NCBI GenBank assembly: GCA_965267575.1
Contig: OZ254086.1
Span: forward strand, 192,001 to 256,000
Origin: Calditrichales bacterium
GTDB lineage: Bacteria; Calditrichota; Calditrichia; Calditrichales; J004
Length of the DNA stretch: 64,000 nt
Direction: 5' to 3'
This document shows positions 9,836-19,891 of the stretch, one piece after another. Both the position numbers and the translations under genes were made by a program. Position 1 is the stretch's first letter, and each line of letters opens with the position of its first letter. The notes below the pieces were generated by a model. That model worked only from the letters and a program-made list of their open reading frames with translations, searched no databases and was not told the origin of the DNA.

Positions 9836-12009
9836 TCGCCGCCAATCAGAAAATTGTTATTGAGGACTTTGTAGGCCCAGTAATTTTTCATCACCTTGCG
9901 CACATAGTCGCGCGTTTCGGAGTATTCCACATTCTCAATAAAGACGTCGATTTGCCGGGAGCCGGGCAATTTAAGCCAGCGCTTAACGCGATGCGGACCG
10001 GCGTTATAGGCGGCAAGCACGTGTTCCTTGCGCTCCAGGCTGCCCAGCAGTCGTTTAACATAATATGTGCCCAGGCGGATGTTAATTTCCGGGTTAAACA
10101 GGCGGTTTACATCACTCAGATCAACCTTCTGGTAAGTGGCCATTTCCCTGCCCGTTGCCGGAACAAGCTGCATTAATCCGTAGGCGTTGGCCCAGCTGTG
10201 CGCCTTATTATCAAACACGCTTTCCTGCTTCATAATCGCCAGTACCAACTCGGGCTCAACGCCAAAGCGTGATGCGTATTCCTGCACATGGCTGTCATAA
10301 TAATAGGGGAAGCGTTCGCGCAGGATAACCAGCTTATCATTATAAGAAATATTGGAATAATATTTACGATCAATATAATCATAAGCGCGGTAGGCGCGGG
10401 CATAAGCGCCAAGCTTTTTATAAATCTCAGCCAGTGCCATCCACTCATCGCGATCCGAGGCCCTGGCTTTTATGTTTTCAAGGGCGACAAAAGCGTAATG
10501 CTCGCCCAGAACGTCTTTTACTTCAAAAGCTTCTTCAAACGGACCCATCAACTTCTGGAAGCCAGTGGCATAATGCACCAGTTCATCACGCTGAGCGCTG
10601 AATTTTTCGCGGAAGTTCCACAGACTGTCGGCCTGCTCCTTTTCCATCAGGTAGCTTTTCATCGTGTAGTAGTCATCCCACGGCTCACGGGCCAGTTCCA
10701 CCCGCAGCCTTTTCGCCGTTTGGTAATCGCCGCGGTTTTCGCTGCACAGTGAAGCCCAGAAGGTAGCACGGTTCTTGTCCACATCAGGCCAGCGCTTAAA
10801 GCGGATAGCGTTAAATATATCCTCTGCTTCCTTGATCTCTCCCTGGCGGAAATGGGTAAAACCTTCCCTGAACATGGCTTCGCGGGCGTAGCCGCTGGAG
10901 GGCCAGCGTTTTCTTACCGTCTTGTAAAGTTCCTGCGCCTTGTCCAGGTCGCCGCTTTCTTCGGCAATCCAGGCCGCTTTCCACATCGCTTCCGGCGCAA
11001 TGCGGCGGCGCGGGTAGCGGTCGGCATAATCGCTGTAGGCGTCAACGGACTGGTTGCGATAGCCTTTGCGCCAGTAAATACGCGCAATATGAAGACGGAT
11101 ATAGGGCTCCAGCGTCTTATTGGTCAGTTCGCTCAGCATATTTTTAAAGCCGTACAGGGCCGTGCTGTATTCGCCTTTGGCGTAATAGATCTTGATAAGC
11201 TGGTAACGCGCTTTTTCTTTTTTGGCAGGATCGCTTTCAGCTTTGGCGTACTCTTCCAGCATATCCCGTAGTTCGTCAAAGCGCCCGTTGGAATGATAGA
11301 CATCAACTACCTTAAAGAAATTTTCCCGGTAAAAAGATGCCTCGGGCTTCTCCAGCCAGCGAACAAGTTCAAGGGTTTCTTCATTACCCGTGTAAACATT
11401 CATGGCACGACTGAATTCGTCCAGCGCGGCCAGGCGCCGCCCCTGGTAATAAAGAGCGTGTGCCGCACGAATATAGCTGTAGGCAAATCTGGATTTATCC
11501 ACCTTGCGTGAGCGAAAAGCCTGATAATACTGGCGTGCCTTGCTGAAATTGCGCCTGTCAAAATGATAATCGGCCAGGGTGAGGTAAAGGGAATCTTTAA
11601 GGCTGCTGTTGCTGCTGTTTGCGATGTAGGCCTCCGATTCACGGGCGGCAGCGCTACTGTCTGTTTGCCACAGGCTGCGAATGCGGAAATAGCGGGCGTA
11701 TTCTTTCAGGTAGCCCTTTTTTTCAAGTTCACGGAATTCGCTGAGCGCATCGGTATAATGCCCGGCGCGAAAGGCGGATACGGCAAACTTAAAGTGGGTC
11801 GACAAAGGCAGCGGATCACTGCTGCCATTGAGGGCTTCGGCGTAGTGGTTGCGCGCGCTACCGAAATCTCGCTGGAAGTAGGCACTGTCGGCGCGGGACA
11901 ATTGCTTCAGGATGCCGGAAAAACCGGAAGAGACGTTGCGGCTGTTTCCGGTGGGCAACAATCCGAACAAGACCAAGCTTATTACCGACAGATAGAGTGT
12001 GTATCGCAT
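9808..12009 (-). CDS. TPR-containing soluble lytic murein transglycosylase (SLT domain)
   Basis: Signal peptide, TPR-like helices, QES / GLMQL / AAYNAG / ETRDYV motifs. Confidence 0.9.
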   Translation of the reverse strand: MRYTLYLSVISLVLFGLLPTGNSRNVSSGFSGILKQLSRADSAYFQRDFGSARNHYAEALNGSSDPLPLSTHFKFAVSAFRAGHYTDALSEFRELEKKGYLKEYARYFRIRSLWQTDSSAAARESEAYIANSSNSSLKDSLYLTLADYHFDRRNFSKARQYYQAFRSRKVDKSRFAYSYIRAAHALYYQGRRLAALDEFSRAMNVYTGNEETLELVRWLEKPEASFYRENFFKVVDVYHSNGRFDELRDMLEEYAKAESDPAKKEKARYQLIKIYYAKGEYSTALYGFKNMLSELTNKTLEPYIRLHIARIYWRKGYRNQSVDAYSDYADRYPRRRIAPEAMWKAAWIAEESGDLDKAQELYKTVRKRWPSSGYAREAMFREGFTHFRQGEIKEAEDIFNAIRFKRWPDVDKNRATFWASLCSENRGDYQTAKRLRVELAREPWDDYYTMKSYLMEKEQADSLWNFREKFSAQRDELVHYATGFQKLMGPFEEAFEVKDVLGEHYAFVALENIKARASDRDEWMALAEIYKKLGAYARAYRAYDYIDRKYYSNISYNDKLVILRERFPYYYDSHVQEYASRFGVEPELVLAIMKQESVFDNKAHSWANAYGLMQLVPATGREMATYQKVDLSDVNRLFNPEINIRLGTYYVKRLLGSLERKEHVLAAYNAGPHRVKRWLKLPGSRQIDVFIENVEYSETRDYVRKVMKNYWAYKVLNNNFLIGGDQLLLGDAE

Positions 12010-12173
12010 GCAACAACATCCTTATCATTTATCCATTTCTTCGGATAAGATAGACATCACCTGAAATATATATATGATATCACCAAATTTCGGGCATCCA
12101 AATCACAATTCAATCAGGGTTGCCTAAAAAATATAAACGAATTTGTAAAATGTGCGTTCCGGCGGTTGAGTGG

Positions 12174-13313
12174 TTACAAATAGGAGAGGGCTTGCTCTGC
12201 ATCCTGCAGAAGGTCTTCCTCATCTTCCACACCAACGGAAAGGCGTACAAGGCCGTCGCTTATGCCCAGTTTTTTGCGGTCTTCCCGGGGTACAGACGCA
12301 TGCGTCATGATCGCCGGATGGTCAACCAGGCTCTCAACGCCGCCAAGGCTTTCGGCCAGCGCAAAGATCTTCAGGTTTTCCGCAAAAAGCTTCGCCGCTT
12401 TCAGATTGCCCAGTTCCAGGCTCACAATTCCGCCAAAACCGCGCATTTGCTGTTTGGCGAGCTCATGCTGCGGGTGACTTTCCAGTCCGGGATAGTAAAC
12501 ACGGCCAACCTTCGGATGCTCACTTAAAAAGCGGGCAATGGCATTGGCGTTTTTTTCATGTTCGCGCATACGCAAGGCCAATGTTTTAGTAGCCCGTAAA
12601 ATCAAAAAGCAATCCTGCGGTCCGGGCACGGCACCAACCGCATTTTGCAGATAGCGCAGCTTTCCGGCCAGGTCATCGCTTTTGGTCACAATAATGCCCC
12701 CTACCACATCACTATGCCCGTTGATGTATTTCGTGGAGCTGTGTATCACCATGTCAATGCCGTAGTCCAGCGGGTTTTGAAAATAGGGGCTCATAAAGGT
12801 GTTGTCGACAACGGAGAGCAGTTTATGTTTCTTGGCAAAATCGGCCAGTTCCTGCAGCGAGGTAAGCGTTAACATGGGATTTGTCGGCGTTTCCACAAAG
12901 ATCAGACGCGTTTCCGGACGAACGGCTTTTTCTACGGCGCCGAAATCCGCGGTGTTTACAAAACTGAAGGAGACACCAAATTTTTTAAACACAGCGTCAA
13001 AAACACGGAAGGTTCCGCCATAAACGTTGTCGGTACAGATAATATGATCGCCCTGCTGCAACAGTTGCACAATAGACGAAATCGCCGCCATCCCGCTGGC
13101 GTAGGCGATGCCATGCCTGCCTTTTTCCAGTGCCGCGATATTGGCCTCCATGGCGCCGCGGGTGGGGTTTTGTGTGCGCGAATATTCGTATCCCTTGTGC
13201 TTTCCGATTTCTTCCTGCACATAGGTGGATGTTTGAAAAACCGGAGTCATGATTGCGCCTGTTGCCGGATCCGGTTTCTGCCCGGCATGGATGGCATCCG
13301 TCTGAAAACCCAT
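12174..13313 (-). CDS. Cystathionine gamma-synthase/gamma-lyase (PLP-dependent)
   Basis: YSRTQNPT, ETPTNP, DNTF, HSSTKYINGHSD, AESLGGVESL. Confidence 0.93.
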   Translation of the reverse strand: MGFQTDAIHAGQKPDPATGAIMTPVFQTSTYVQEEIGKHKGYEYSRTQNPTRGAMEANIAALEKGRHGIAYASGMAAISSIVQLLQQGDHIICTDNVYGGTFRVFDAVFKKFGVSFSFVNTADFGAVEKAVRPETRLIFVETPTNPMLTLTSLQELADFAKKHKLLSVVDNTFMSPYFQNPLDYGIDMVIHSSTKYINGHSDVVGGIIVTKSDDLAGKLRYLQNAVGAVPGPQDCFLILRATKTLALRMREHEKNANAIARFLSEHPKVGRVYYPGLESHPQHELAKQQMRGFGGIVSLELGNLKAAKLFAENLKIFALAESLGGVESLVDHPAIMTHASVPREDRKKLGISDGLVRLSVGVEDEEDLLQDAEQALSYL

Positions 13314-13316
13314 CTG

Positions 13317-13811
13317 TTAACCTTCGTGTTGTACTGTTTTTTCCACTGTTTTTTCAATCGCGTTTGTTAAAATTTTTACGATAGATTTTTCGTCATTCCT
13401 GTTGTATACAAAAAGATGCGAGTCGTTTTCCACGATCATCGGCTCGTTGTTGAAACGCAGATGCCTGCCTTCCTCATCCTTTGGAGCAATAAAATAAGCC
13501 GGCGTACTGTAGCGTTGCAGGTATGTCTCAAACAAATGTCCCAGCCGCGTCTTGTCAAAACCCTCGTCCAAATCCAGCACAAAAAGGCTGAATGGTACCT
13601 TGGGAATGATCTGATCGATAAGCGTAAAGTTGCCAAAATCGGGCAGCGTATGAATCACATAAATATATACCGAATAGGTCTCGTCAAGATCGATCTCCAG
13701 CAGCTTAAAGTCGCCATAAACCTTTGAATAAAGCTGTTCTTCGCCGGGGAAAACGCTCTCTATGTGGGCATCGCGCAGGGCAAATACCGGTATTTCCAGA
13801 ATCCGCCTCAT
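13317..13811 (-). CDS. Hypothetical protein, possibly a degenerate small-GTPase-like fold
   Basis: 164 aa; ATGA overlap with the upstream gene; alpha/beta pattern resembles the C-terminal domain of 14947..16506; no P-loop. Confidence 0.6.
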   Translation of the reverse strand: MRRILEIPVFALRDAHIESVFPGEEQLYSKVYGDFKLLEIDLDETYSVYIYVIHTLPDFGNFTLIDQIIPKVPFSLFVLDLDEGFDKTRLGHLFETYLQRYSTPAYFIAPKDEEGRHLRFNNEPMIVENDSHLFVYNRNDEKSIVKILTNAIEKTVEKTVQHEG

Positions 13812-14950
13812 AGCTTCTCCAGACGCTGGCGAAAATCGTGCAGCAAGGTCAGGTCCTCAAAAAGATGCGGTTTGCGTTTTAGTTGAACTTCTTCCTGCAG
13901 ACTCTCTTCGGTTTCACCTTTTGCAGCGTTCTGTCCGCGCATATGCCGCTCCACTTCGCTGCTGCGGGCAAACAACTTGTTTACCACTTTGCGTATGGGC
14001 GACGTGTTCTCGCGCTCTTTAAGCAAGGCCAGCTGGTCCTTATAATCCATACGCTGTACAAGCCATTTTTTGTCGATCCAGGTCTCCAGGTCTTCCAGCA
14101 TGCGCAGGCTTCCGTCCGCATTTTGCTCGATGAAACTCATCAGTGTTTTGCCTTCCTTGAAGAACAACAGGTTTTTGCGCGCCGCCGGTCCGATCTCTTC
14201 ATAATCCAATAGCGGTGCGGCATAAAAAACAACATTGCGATCCGGTAAAGATTGCAGCAGCTTTTCCCTTTTCTGTAAATGGTTCTGGCACTCTTTGATA
14301 ACCTGCTGGTTATCCAGCAGAATACGTTCATTATGACGCATATTATCCAGATTGACCTTGAAAGCACCGCTCATCCATGTAGCCATGGCCAGAATCGCCT
14401 CAAGCGGGTCTTTATTATCCAGCCGGGCGTTCACAACCTTGCCGCGGTTGAACTGAATCTCACCGCGTTTTTCCTGATGTTTCAATTCCACGCTGCCATT
14501 TTTGCGGCCGTCCTCAAATGTCTGGATCAGGTCGATTACATTAAACACATTCAGGCTGCCGCTCAGATCGCTTTCCTGCTTGCGTCCGGCTGTGCGGGCG
14601 ACCATCAGCGTTTCGATTATTTTGTGGAATTCGTTGCGGATCATCGGCAGCTGGATGATATCGGCGGCCCCGGCCATCCACAGCAGTTCGCGTTTTTCCC
14701 AGGAAATACGCGGCGTAAAACAGAGAAAAGGAATGTCCAGCTTGAACTTTTTATAACGGGCAATCCAGTTATGTAAAATGGTAACGCGGCGAACGGCAAA
14801 AAAGACGAAATCCGGCTTTTCCGTTCGCAGCTGACCTTCCGCGGCATCCATGTCTCCGGCCCAGGAGAGGTGAATCGGCAAATGATTCAGGTTGTCCGAA
14901 AAAATGGAGAAGACATCGCGGTTCTCGCAGATAACAAATACTTCTCTCAT
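13808..14950 (-). CDS. Atypical receiver + DUF4388 domain protein
   Basis: Receiver-like N-terminus lacking canonical acidic residues; LSGSL...DLIQTF...G.I.F..G.VV.A pattern of DUF4388 (PatA-N-like). Confidence 0.75.
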   Translation of the reverse strand: MREVFVICENRDVFSIFSDNLNHLPIHLSWAGDMDAAEGQLRTEKPDFVFFAVRRVTILHNWIARYKKFKLDIPFLCFTPRISWEKRELLWMAGAADIIQLPMIRNEFHKIIETLMVARTAGRKQESDLSGSLNVFNVIDLIQTFEDGRKNGSVELKHQEKRGEIQFNRGKVVNARLDNKDPLEAILAMATWMSGAFKVNLDNMRHNERILLDNQQVIKECQNHLQKREKLLQSLPDRNVVFYAAPLLDYEEIGPAARKNLLFFKEGKTLMSFIEQNADGSLRMLEDLETWIDKKWLVQRMDYKDQLALLKERENTSPIRKVVNKLFARSSEVERHMRGQNAAKGETEESLQEEVQLKRKPHLFEDLTLLHDFRQRLEKL

Positions 14951-16506
14951 TGTTCACCCTCTTCCTGCTCTTCCTGTCCGGTCTCTTCTTCCTCTTCCCG
15001 CGGCTTCTCGTAAACTCTCAGCATCAGCATGGCGTGCTTCACATCTTCCGCCTCGCCGGGCTCGCATTGAATAAACGGCACCTCGCGGCGCAGAGAAAGC
15101 TTCTCGCTTATCCACTCCATATCCTGATCCGCGCGCAGGTTAAAAACGCCGGCAATCCACGGTAATGAATAAATCGTCAAAATCTGATTGATCGCGTAAT
15201 TGATATATTCAAAACGGTCTTCCATCCCGGCATCGATCAGAAAGACAAAACCGGCAAGGCCTTCTACAAGCTTTTCGATGCTCATCAGAATGTTTTTGTC
15301 CATAGAAAGGCTGAAACACATCAGGCTGGTTTCGTCATTCAGCTTTATGTGGGCCAGTGACACACGGCTCAGATCGTGGGAGGGGACATTCACGCCGGCC
15401 ATTTTACAAATAAAACCCAGGCTGCCTTTCCCGGCAGAAGAAATAACGGCGATTTTGGCGTTGTCCTGCCCGCCGATGCCAAGCTGTCCTATAATCTGGC
15501 TGCTTTCCTCCGCATTAAACAACGGACTTTTAATGTTGCTGGCCACCAGTTGCGATTCATATTCTTTCAACACGGGCTGCGCCGGCTGGCGCACACTTAA
15601 AAATCCGCCCGCTTTAAGCTTGCGCAGTAAGGACGCTGTTTCAAAAGAGGTGTAAACGGGGTTTTCCAGAATCCGGTTAAGCCTTACCGGGTGTTCGATC
15701 AACCGGATAAAAGCCGTGTCCACTTCGATCGAAGAATGGGCCAGGTCGCCGGCATATTGCAGCCTTACGACGCTATGCATGGGGCCAATGTTTTCAAGAT
15801 CATCAATATATGCGATGCGCAGTTTTTCTGCTTCGATCAGCAATGCCACATTACTGATATGAACGCTGTACGCGCCATCCACTCCGGCGGTGGAAATAAA
15901 CTGGAACGTGCCCTGATGCCAGAACAGCATATGCAGCAGAGCCCTTTCGCCACGATGCACGCCTACCTGGGCGTGTGTGGCCTGCCCTTCCTTAAAATAA
16001 ATCTTACCGCTGTTTTCGGATGTCACCATTTTCAAAATACCGGTGCGCTCTTCGCGGGCCAGGTTGTTAAGCAGCGTTTTAAGTGATACATCTTCGAGGT
16101 TGCCGGCGGAGAAAAGGGTCGCCTTATCCAGGTCGCCACGCAGGTTTTTCAACGGCCAGGCCAGCGCGTAGTAGATCTCTTCTCCCGGCTGCGAGGCATC
16201 GAAAACGCGGCGCGCTCCCAGTTCGTAAAAAGCCAGACGTTTATTGGCGTTATCAGGCACGTTATACACAAACAGATTGTGTCCCCTGTACCTTGAAAAA
16301 AAGGCTACCACGTCGGCGCGCTCCTCATCAACGAGGGTGCCGTATTCAACAAGAACGGCGTTTATATCATTTTGGGCATTGGTTTGAGGCAGGCTTTTCA
16401 GGGAATCGAAAACGGACACTTTATAGTCATCCCTCATAAAAAGGCTTTCAAAAAAATCGGAGCGTTTTTCGTTTGCATCCAGGATAATTATTGAATATGA
16501 GGCCAT
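14947..16506 (-). CDS. Atypical receiver + DUF4388 + degenerate GTPase-like C-terminal domain
   Basis: FSAGNLEDVSL...ERTGIL...GKIYF.EG...HA (DUF4388); C-terminal KIAVISSAGKGSLGFI...GFVFLID resembles a MglA/ATP_bind_1-type GTPase without GKT. Confidence 0.7.
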   Translation of the reverse strand: MASYSIIILDANEKRSDFFESLFMRDDYKVSVFDSLKSLPQTNAQNDINAVLVEYGTLVDEERADVVAFFSRYRGHNLFVYNVPDNANKRLAFYELGARRVFDASQPGEEIYYALAWPLKNLRGDLDKATLFSAGNLEDVSLKTLLNNLAREERTGILKMVTSENSGKIYFKEGQATHAQVGVHRGERALLHMLFWHQGTFQFISTAGVDGAYSVHISNVALLIEAEKLRIAYIDDLENIGPMHSVVRLQYAGDLAHSSIEVDTAFIRLIEHPVRLNRILENPVYTSFETASLLRKLKAGGFLSVRQPAQPVLKEYESQLVASNIKSPLFNAEESSQIIGQLGIGGQDNAKIAVISSAGKGSLGFICKMAGVNVPSHDLSRVSLAHIKLNDETSLMCFSLSMDKNILMSIEKLVEGLAGFVFLIDAGMEDRFEYINYAINQILTIYSLPWIAGVFNLRADQDMEWISEKLSLRREVPFIQCEPGEAEDVKHAMLMLRVYEKPREEEEETGQEEQEEGEQ

Positions 16507-16546
16507 GTCTGAGGTTATACCCGCGCTTGTGTCTTAATCCACTGTC

Positions 16547-16575
16547 AATTTAGACGTGCGCTATCAATGTGTCAA
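16547..16575 (-). promoter_or_regulatory. Putative sigma-70 promoter for the DUF4388 operon
   Basis: TTGACA-N17-TAAATT ending 41 bp upstream of the ATG. Confidence 0.6.
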
Positions 16576-16590
16576 GTTTTAAGCCAATAT

Positions 16591-17121
16591 TTACAAGTAC
16601 TTAGCAAGCAAATCATAAACGATTACGGCATAGGCCACGGAAACATTCAGCGAGTGTTTAACCCCCAGCATTGGAATCTCCACAGCCATATCTGCCATGG
16701 ATACGATCTCCGCTGAAACGCCCTCCACTTCGTTGCCAAAAACAAGACAAACGGGGAAATCATATTTAGCCCTGTAATAGGGCACACTGTCGGTCGTATG
16801 TTCCACCGTCACAATCTGATAACCTTTTTGCCGGAATTCTTTTATGGCATCGATTGCTGATTTAGCATAGCTCCACGGTACCGTCTCCGTTGCGCCCAGG
16901 GCGGTTTTGTTTATTTCGGGCCGCGGCGGACGGGCGGTAAAGCCGCATAAGACCAGCTCCTGCAGACGCACGCCATCCGATGTGCGGAAAATGCTGCCCA
17001 CATTATGCATGCTGCGGATGTTTTCGATAACCGCGCAAACCGGTGTGCGTTTCAGCTTTTTCAGATCTTCTTCAGCGGGTCGCTGACTGAAGATTTCATC
17101 ATAATTAAGCTTACGGCGCAT
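16591..17121 (-). CDS. SpoU/TrmH-family RNA methyltransferase
   Basis: NVGSIFRT, FGNEVEGVS, IPMLG.KHSLNVS. Start moved to the ATG at 17121, which overlaps the rlmD stop. Confidence 0.9.
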   Translation of the reverse strand: MRRKLNYDEIFSQRPAEEDLKKLKRTPVCAVIENIRSMHNVGSIFRTSDGVRLQELVLCGFTARPPRPEINKTALGATETVPWSYAKSAIDAIKEFRQKGYQIVTVEHTTDSVPYYRAKYDFPVCLVFGNEVEGVSAEIVSMADMAVEIPMLGVKHSLNVSVAYAVIVYDLLAKYL

Positions 17122-18521
17122 TAGCGGCGCTCCAGGAGAGCCACGCACTCGATGTGGTAGGTCTGCGGAAACATGTCCACGGGCTGCACTTTTTCCAGGC
17201 GATAGTCGTTTTCCATTAGCTTGATGTCCCGCGCCATGGTGGTGGGATTACAGGAAACATAAACCACACGCCGCGGTGCCGTTTCAAGTATCGCTTTCAC
17301 CACATCCTCGTGCATGCCGGCGCGCGGTGGGTCGGTCAAAATGATATCCGGTCGCGTGCGATTGTGCAGCATATTATCACGGACATCTCCGGCGATGAAG
17401 GTGCAATTGTCAAAGCCGTGTTCGGTGGCATTCTCGCGGGCATCGGCTACGGCGCTTTCCACCAGCTCAAAGCCGGTTACGTGACGCGCCTTGCCGGCCA
17501 GGAAAAGACTGATTGTGCCGGTGCCGGAGTAGAGATCCCATACCTCATCCTTTCCGCTGATGGCGGCGAAATCGAGCGCCGTGTCATAGAGCTTTTCGGC
17601 CTGCGCCGTATTGGTCTGAAAAAAAGAGTTGGCCGAGATCCGAAACTCAAAAGACCCGATCTTGTCCTTAATAAACGGTTCACCGTAAAGAAGATGCTCT
17701 TCTTCGCCCTGGGCGATCTGTGCCTTGCGGCTGTTTATGTTATTGACAATAGACGTGACCGCCGGAAAACGCTGCGCCAAGGATTCCGCCATCGGCTTAA
17801 GCCGCTTATCTGCGGCGGAGGTCACGATGTTGACCATCACTTCCCCGGACGAATGACTTTTACGGAGCACCAGGAAACGCAACAATCCTTCATGACTGCG
17901 AATGCCGTAGGGCGGCATGCCCTGTTCCCGGGCATAGTCGCTTACAAAACGCAAAACCTCATTGCAGACGTCGTCCTGCAGCAGGCAATGTTCTATATGG
18001 ATAATTTTGTCGAAGGTGCCCGGCACATGCAGGCCCAATGCAAAGTCTTTGGAAATATCGGGGTTGCCCAGGTCTTCGGGGAAAAGCCACTTCCTGTCGG
18101 CAAAGGAAAATTCCATCTTGTTGCGGTAGGCAAAAGGTTTGTCGGAGGCAAGGACCGGCAGAACGGTGGCGGACCCAAGACCGGCAATATGCTTGACGGA
18201 ATCGGCAACGATCTTTTGTTTCTGTACAAGCTGTTCGGCGTAGGTCATATTTTGCCAGGTGCAGCCGCCGCAATAACGGAAATAGGGACAAGGCGCATCC
18301 ACGCGCAAAGCGGAAGGCTCAACTATTTCCAGCACTGCGGCTTCGGCGTAGCTCTTCTTGCGCTTGCGGATGCGTACTTTAACGGTGTCGCCGGGTAAGG
18401 CTCTTTTTACAAAAAGTACATAATCTTCAATGCGCGCAACACCATGGCCGCCAAAGGCCAGGGAATCCACACGCACCGTGTACTCGCCGTTTTTTTTAAC
18501 GGGATATACGCGTTGTTCCAT
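17121..18521 (-). CDS. rlmD: 23S rRNA (uracil-5)-methyltransferase RlmD
   Basis: TRAM domain, CPYF..CGGC Fe-S motif, SFFQTN, DPPRAG, YVSCNP, DMFPQT.HIE. Confidence 0.92.
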   Translation of the reverse strand: MEQRVYPVKKNGEYTVRVDSLAFGGHGVARIEDYVLFVKRALPGDTVKVRIRKRKKSYAEAAVLEIVEPSALRVDAPCPYFRYCGGCTWQNMTYAEQLVQKQKIVADSVKHIAGLGSATVLPVLASDKPFAYRNKMEFSFADRKWLFPEDLGNPDISKDFALGLHVPGTFDKIIHIEHCLLQDDVCNEVLRFVSDYAREQGMPPYGIRSHEGLLRFLVLRKSHSSGEVMVNIVTSAADKRLKPMAESLAQRFPAVTSIVNNINSRKAQIAQGEEEHLLYGEPFIKDKIGSFEFRISANSFFQTNTAQAEKLYDTALDFAAISGKDEVWDLYSGTGTISLFLAGKARHVTGFELVESAVADARENATEHGFDNCTFIAGDVRDNMLHNRTRPDIILTDPPRAGMHEDVVKAILETAPRRVVYVSCNPTTMARDIKLMENDYRLEKVQPVDMFPQTYHIECVALLERR

Positions 18522-18560
18522 GCTCTAAATCAGTATCGGATCGAAGGTGTATGAGTTATA

Positions 18561-19640
18561 TCAGTTGGTCTGCTTTTCTTCCTCAGTCAGGCGCTCTTCA
18601 TGCGTTTTGTAAGTTTGACTATCCAAATTAAAGCGATTATTCAGCTTTGTCCAGCAATCCAGTTCTTCTTTTACAAAACGGATTGTGCCTTTGTCTTCGT
18701 CAAAATAACAGGGTAAGCTCTCATTAAATGCTTTACGGGTCAAATCAAACGGACGTTCAAACCCCAGATAACGCGCGGCGGTGGCCGCATTCCACATATT
18801 TTTTTCATCCAAGGATGGCAGTTTGTATTCCCAGTCGTCTCGTACTTTTGCCGCTGTCCAGGCAGGGTCTTCATTGTCCGCCGCCTCCAGGTAAGGCATG
18901 TAGTCGGCGCCTTTTTTATAGGCAATCTGCGCACGCCCGAAGTTGGCGGTTAACGAATCACCAAAATTTTCTGCAATCTGCTGATATATCGCATCGGCTT
19001 TGTCATACTCTTCAAGATTGATGTAGGCCATTGCCAGGGCGGCCAGGGCTTCGGCGCTGTTTTCGGCGTCAGCGTATTTTTGCAATGGTTCCACGGCATC
19101 CTGAAAACGGCCGGCCTTATTATAAGCCATGGCCAAAAACTTATTCACGGTAATATCTTCGGAATCATATTTTAAAGCATGTTTAAAGTCTTCTATAGCC
19201 TGGTCCCACAAATCACCGCTCACCTTATTCATGCCGCGGTTCAGGTGCACAAAAAAGCGGATCGTGTCATCAAGCTGCTCATAGTCATGGTCATTATAGA
19301 AAAAGTCGATGCTGCGCGTGGAGATCATACGCGTTTTACGGTTCTGCTTATTGTTGCGAAACTCCTTAACAATCTTTTTAAAAAAATGATCAAGTTTCTG
19401 CTTGAGATCATTCTCATTATAAATAGTAAAGGATTCGGAGGCGTTGTTTTCACGTGCCTGCTGTACCACGTCATTTAAGAGCTGGCTAACCAGCACATCG
19501 GAGCGACCGATGCGTAAATCCACATGATGACGGTAATATGAGCCGTTAAAGCAAAAAGTGTAATTAACCGTAAAACGGTTATCTTTATAAGACCATTTTC
19601 TTAAATAGGCCGATAAGACATACAGATATTCGGAAGACAT
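18561..19640 (-). CDS. TPR protein with C-terminal excisionase/MerR-like HTH
   Basis: Central TPR repeats; C-terminal MWNAATAARYLGF...IRFVKEELDCW. Confidence 0.7.
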   Translation of the reverse strand: MSSEYLYVLSAYLRKWSYKDNRFTVNYTFCFNGSYYRHHVDLRIGRSDVLVSQLLNDVVQQARENNASESFTIYNENDLKQKLDHFFKKIVKEFRNNKQNRKTRMISTRSIDFFYNDHDYEQLDDTIRFFVHLNRGMNKVSGDLWDQAIEDFKHALKYDSEDITVNKFLAMAYNKAGRFQDAVEPLQKYADAENSAEALAALAMAYINLEEYDKADAIYQQIAENFGDSLTANFGRAQIAYKKGADYMPYLEAADNEDPAWTAAKVRDDWEYKLPSLDEKNMWNAATAARYLGFERPFDLTRKAFNESLPCYFDEDKGTIRFVKEELDCWTKLNNRFNLDSQTYKTHEERLTEEEKQTN

Positions 19641-19891
19641 AAAAACTCCAGAAAAAGAATAAAAGATTTAACGATATTTTAAGGGAGATGGTTAAAAAAG
19701 ACCATTCATCCCGCGTTTGAAAAACCACAATAAAAGTATTGGGGAAAATCAGGACGGCTTTTACAGCGGATGCCGTTCCAAATATAGCAGTCCCCAATTA
19801 TATCAATCAAGGCGTTATTAAGAGTATTCGGAGGAGCGAGAGCACGCTTAATATAATCTGCTAAACGTTGTCAGTTTTTGGCAAGTTCCGT

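Noticed and set aside
17310-18398. Long antisense ORFs (also 2020-2883, 40938-41717, 43333-44262, 51189-52097)
   Set aside because: Shadow frames opposite well-supported genes, with no recognisable motifs.
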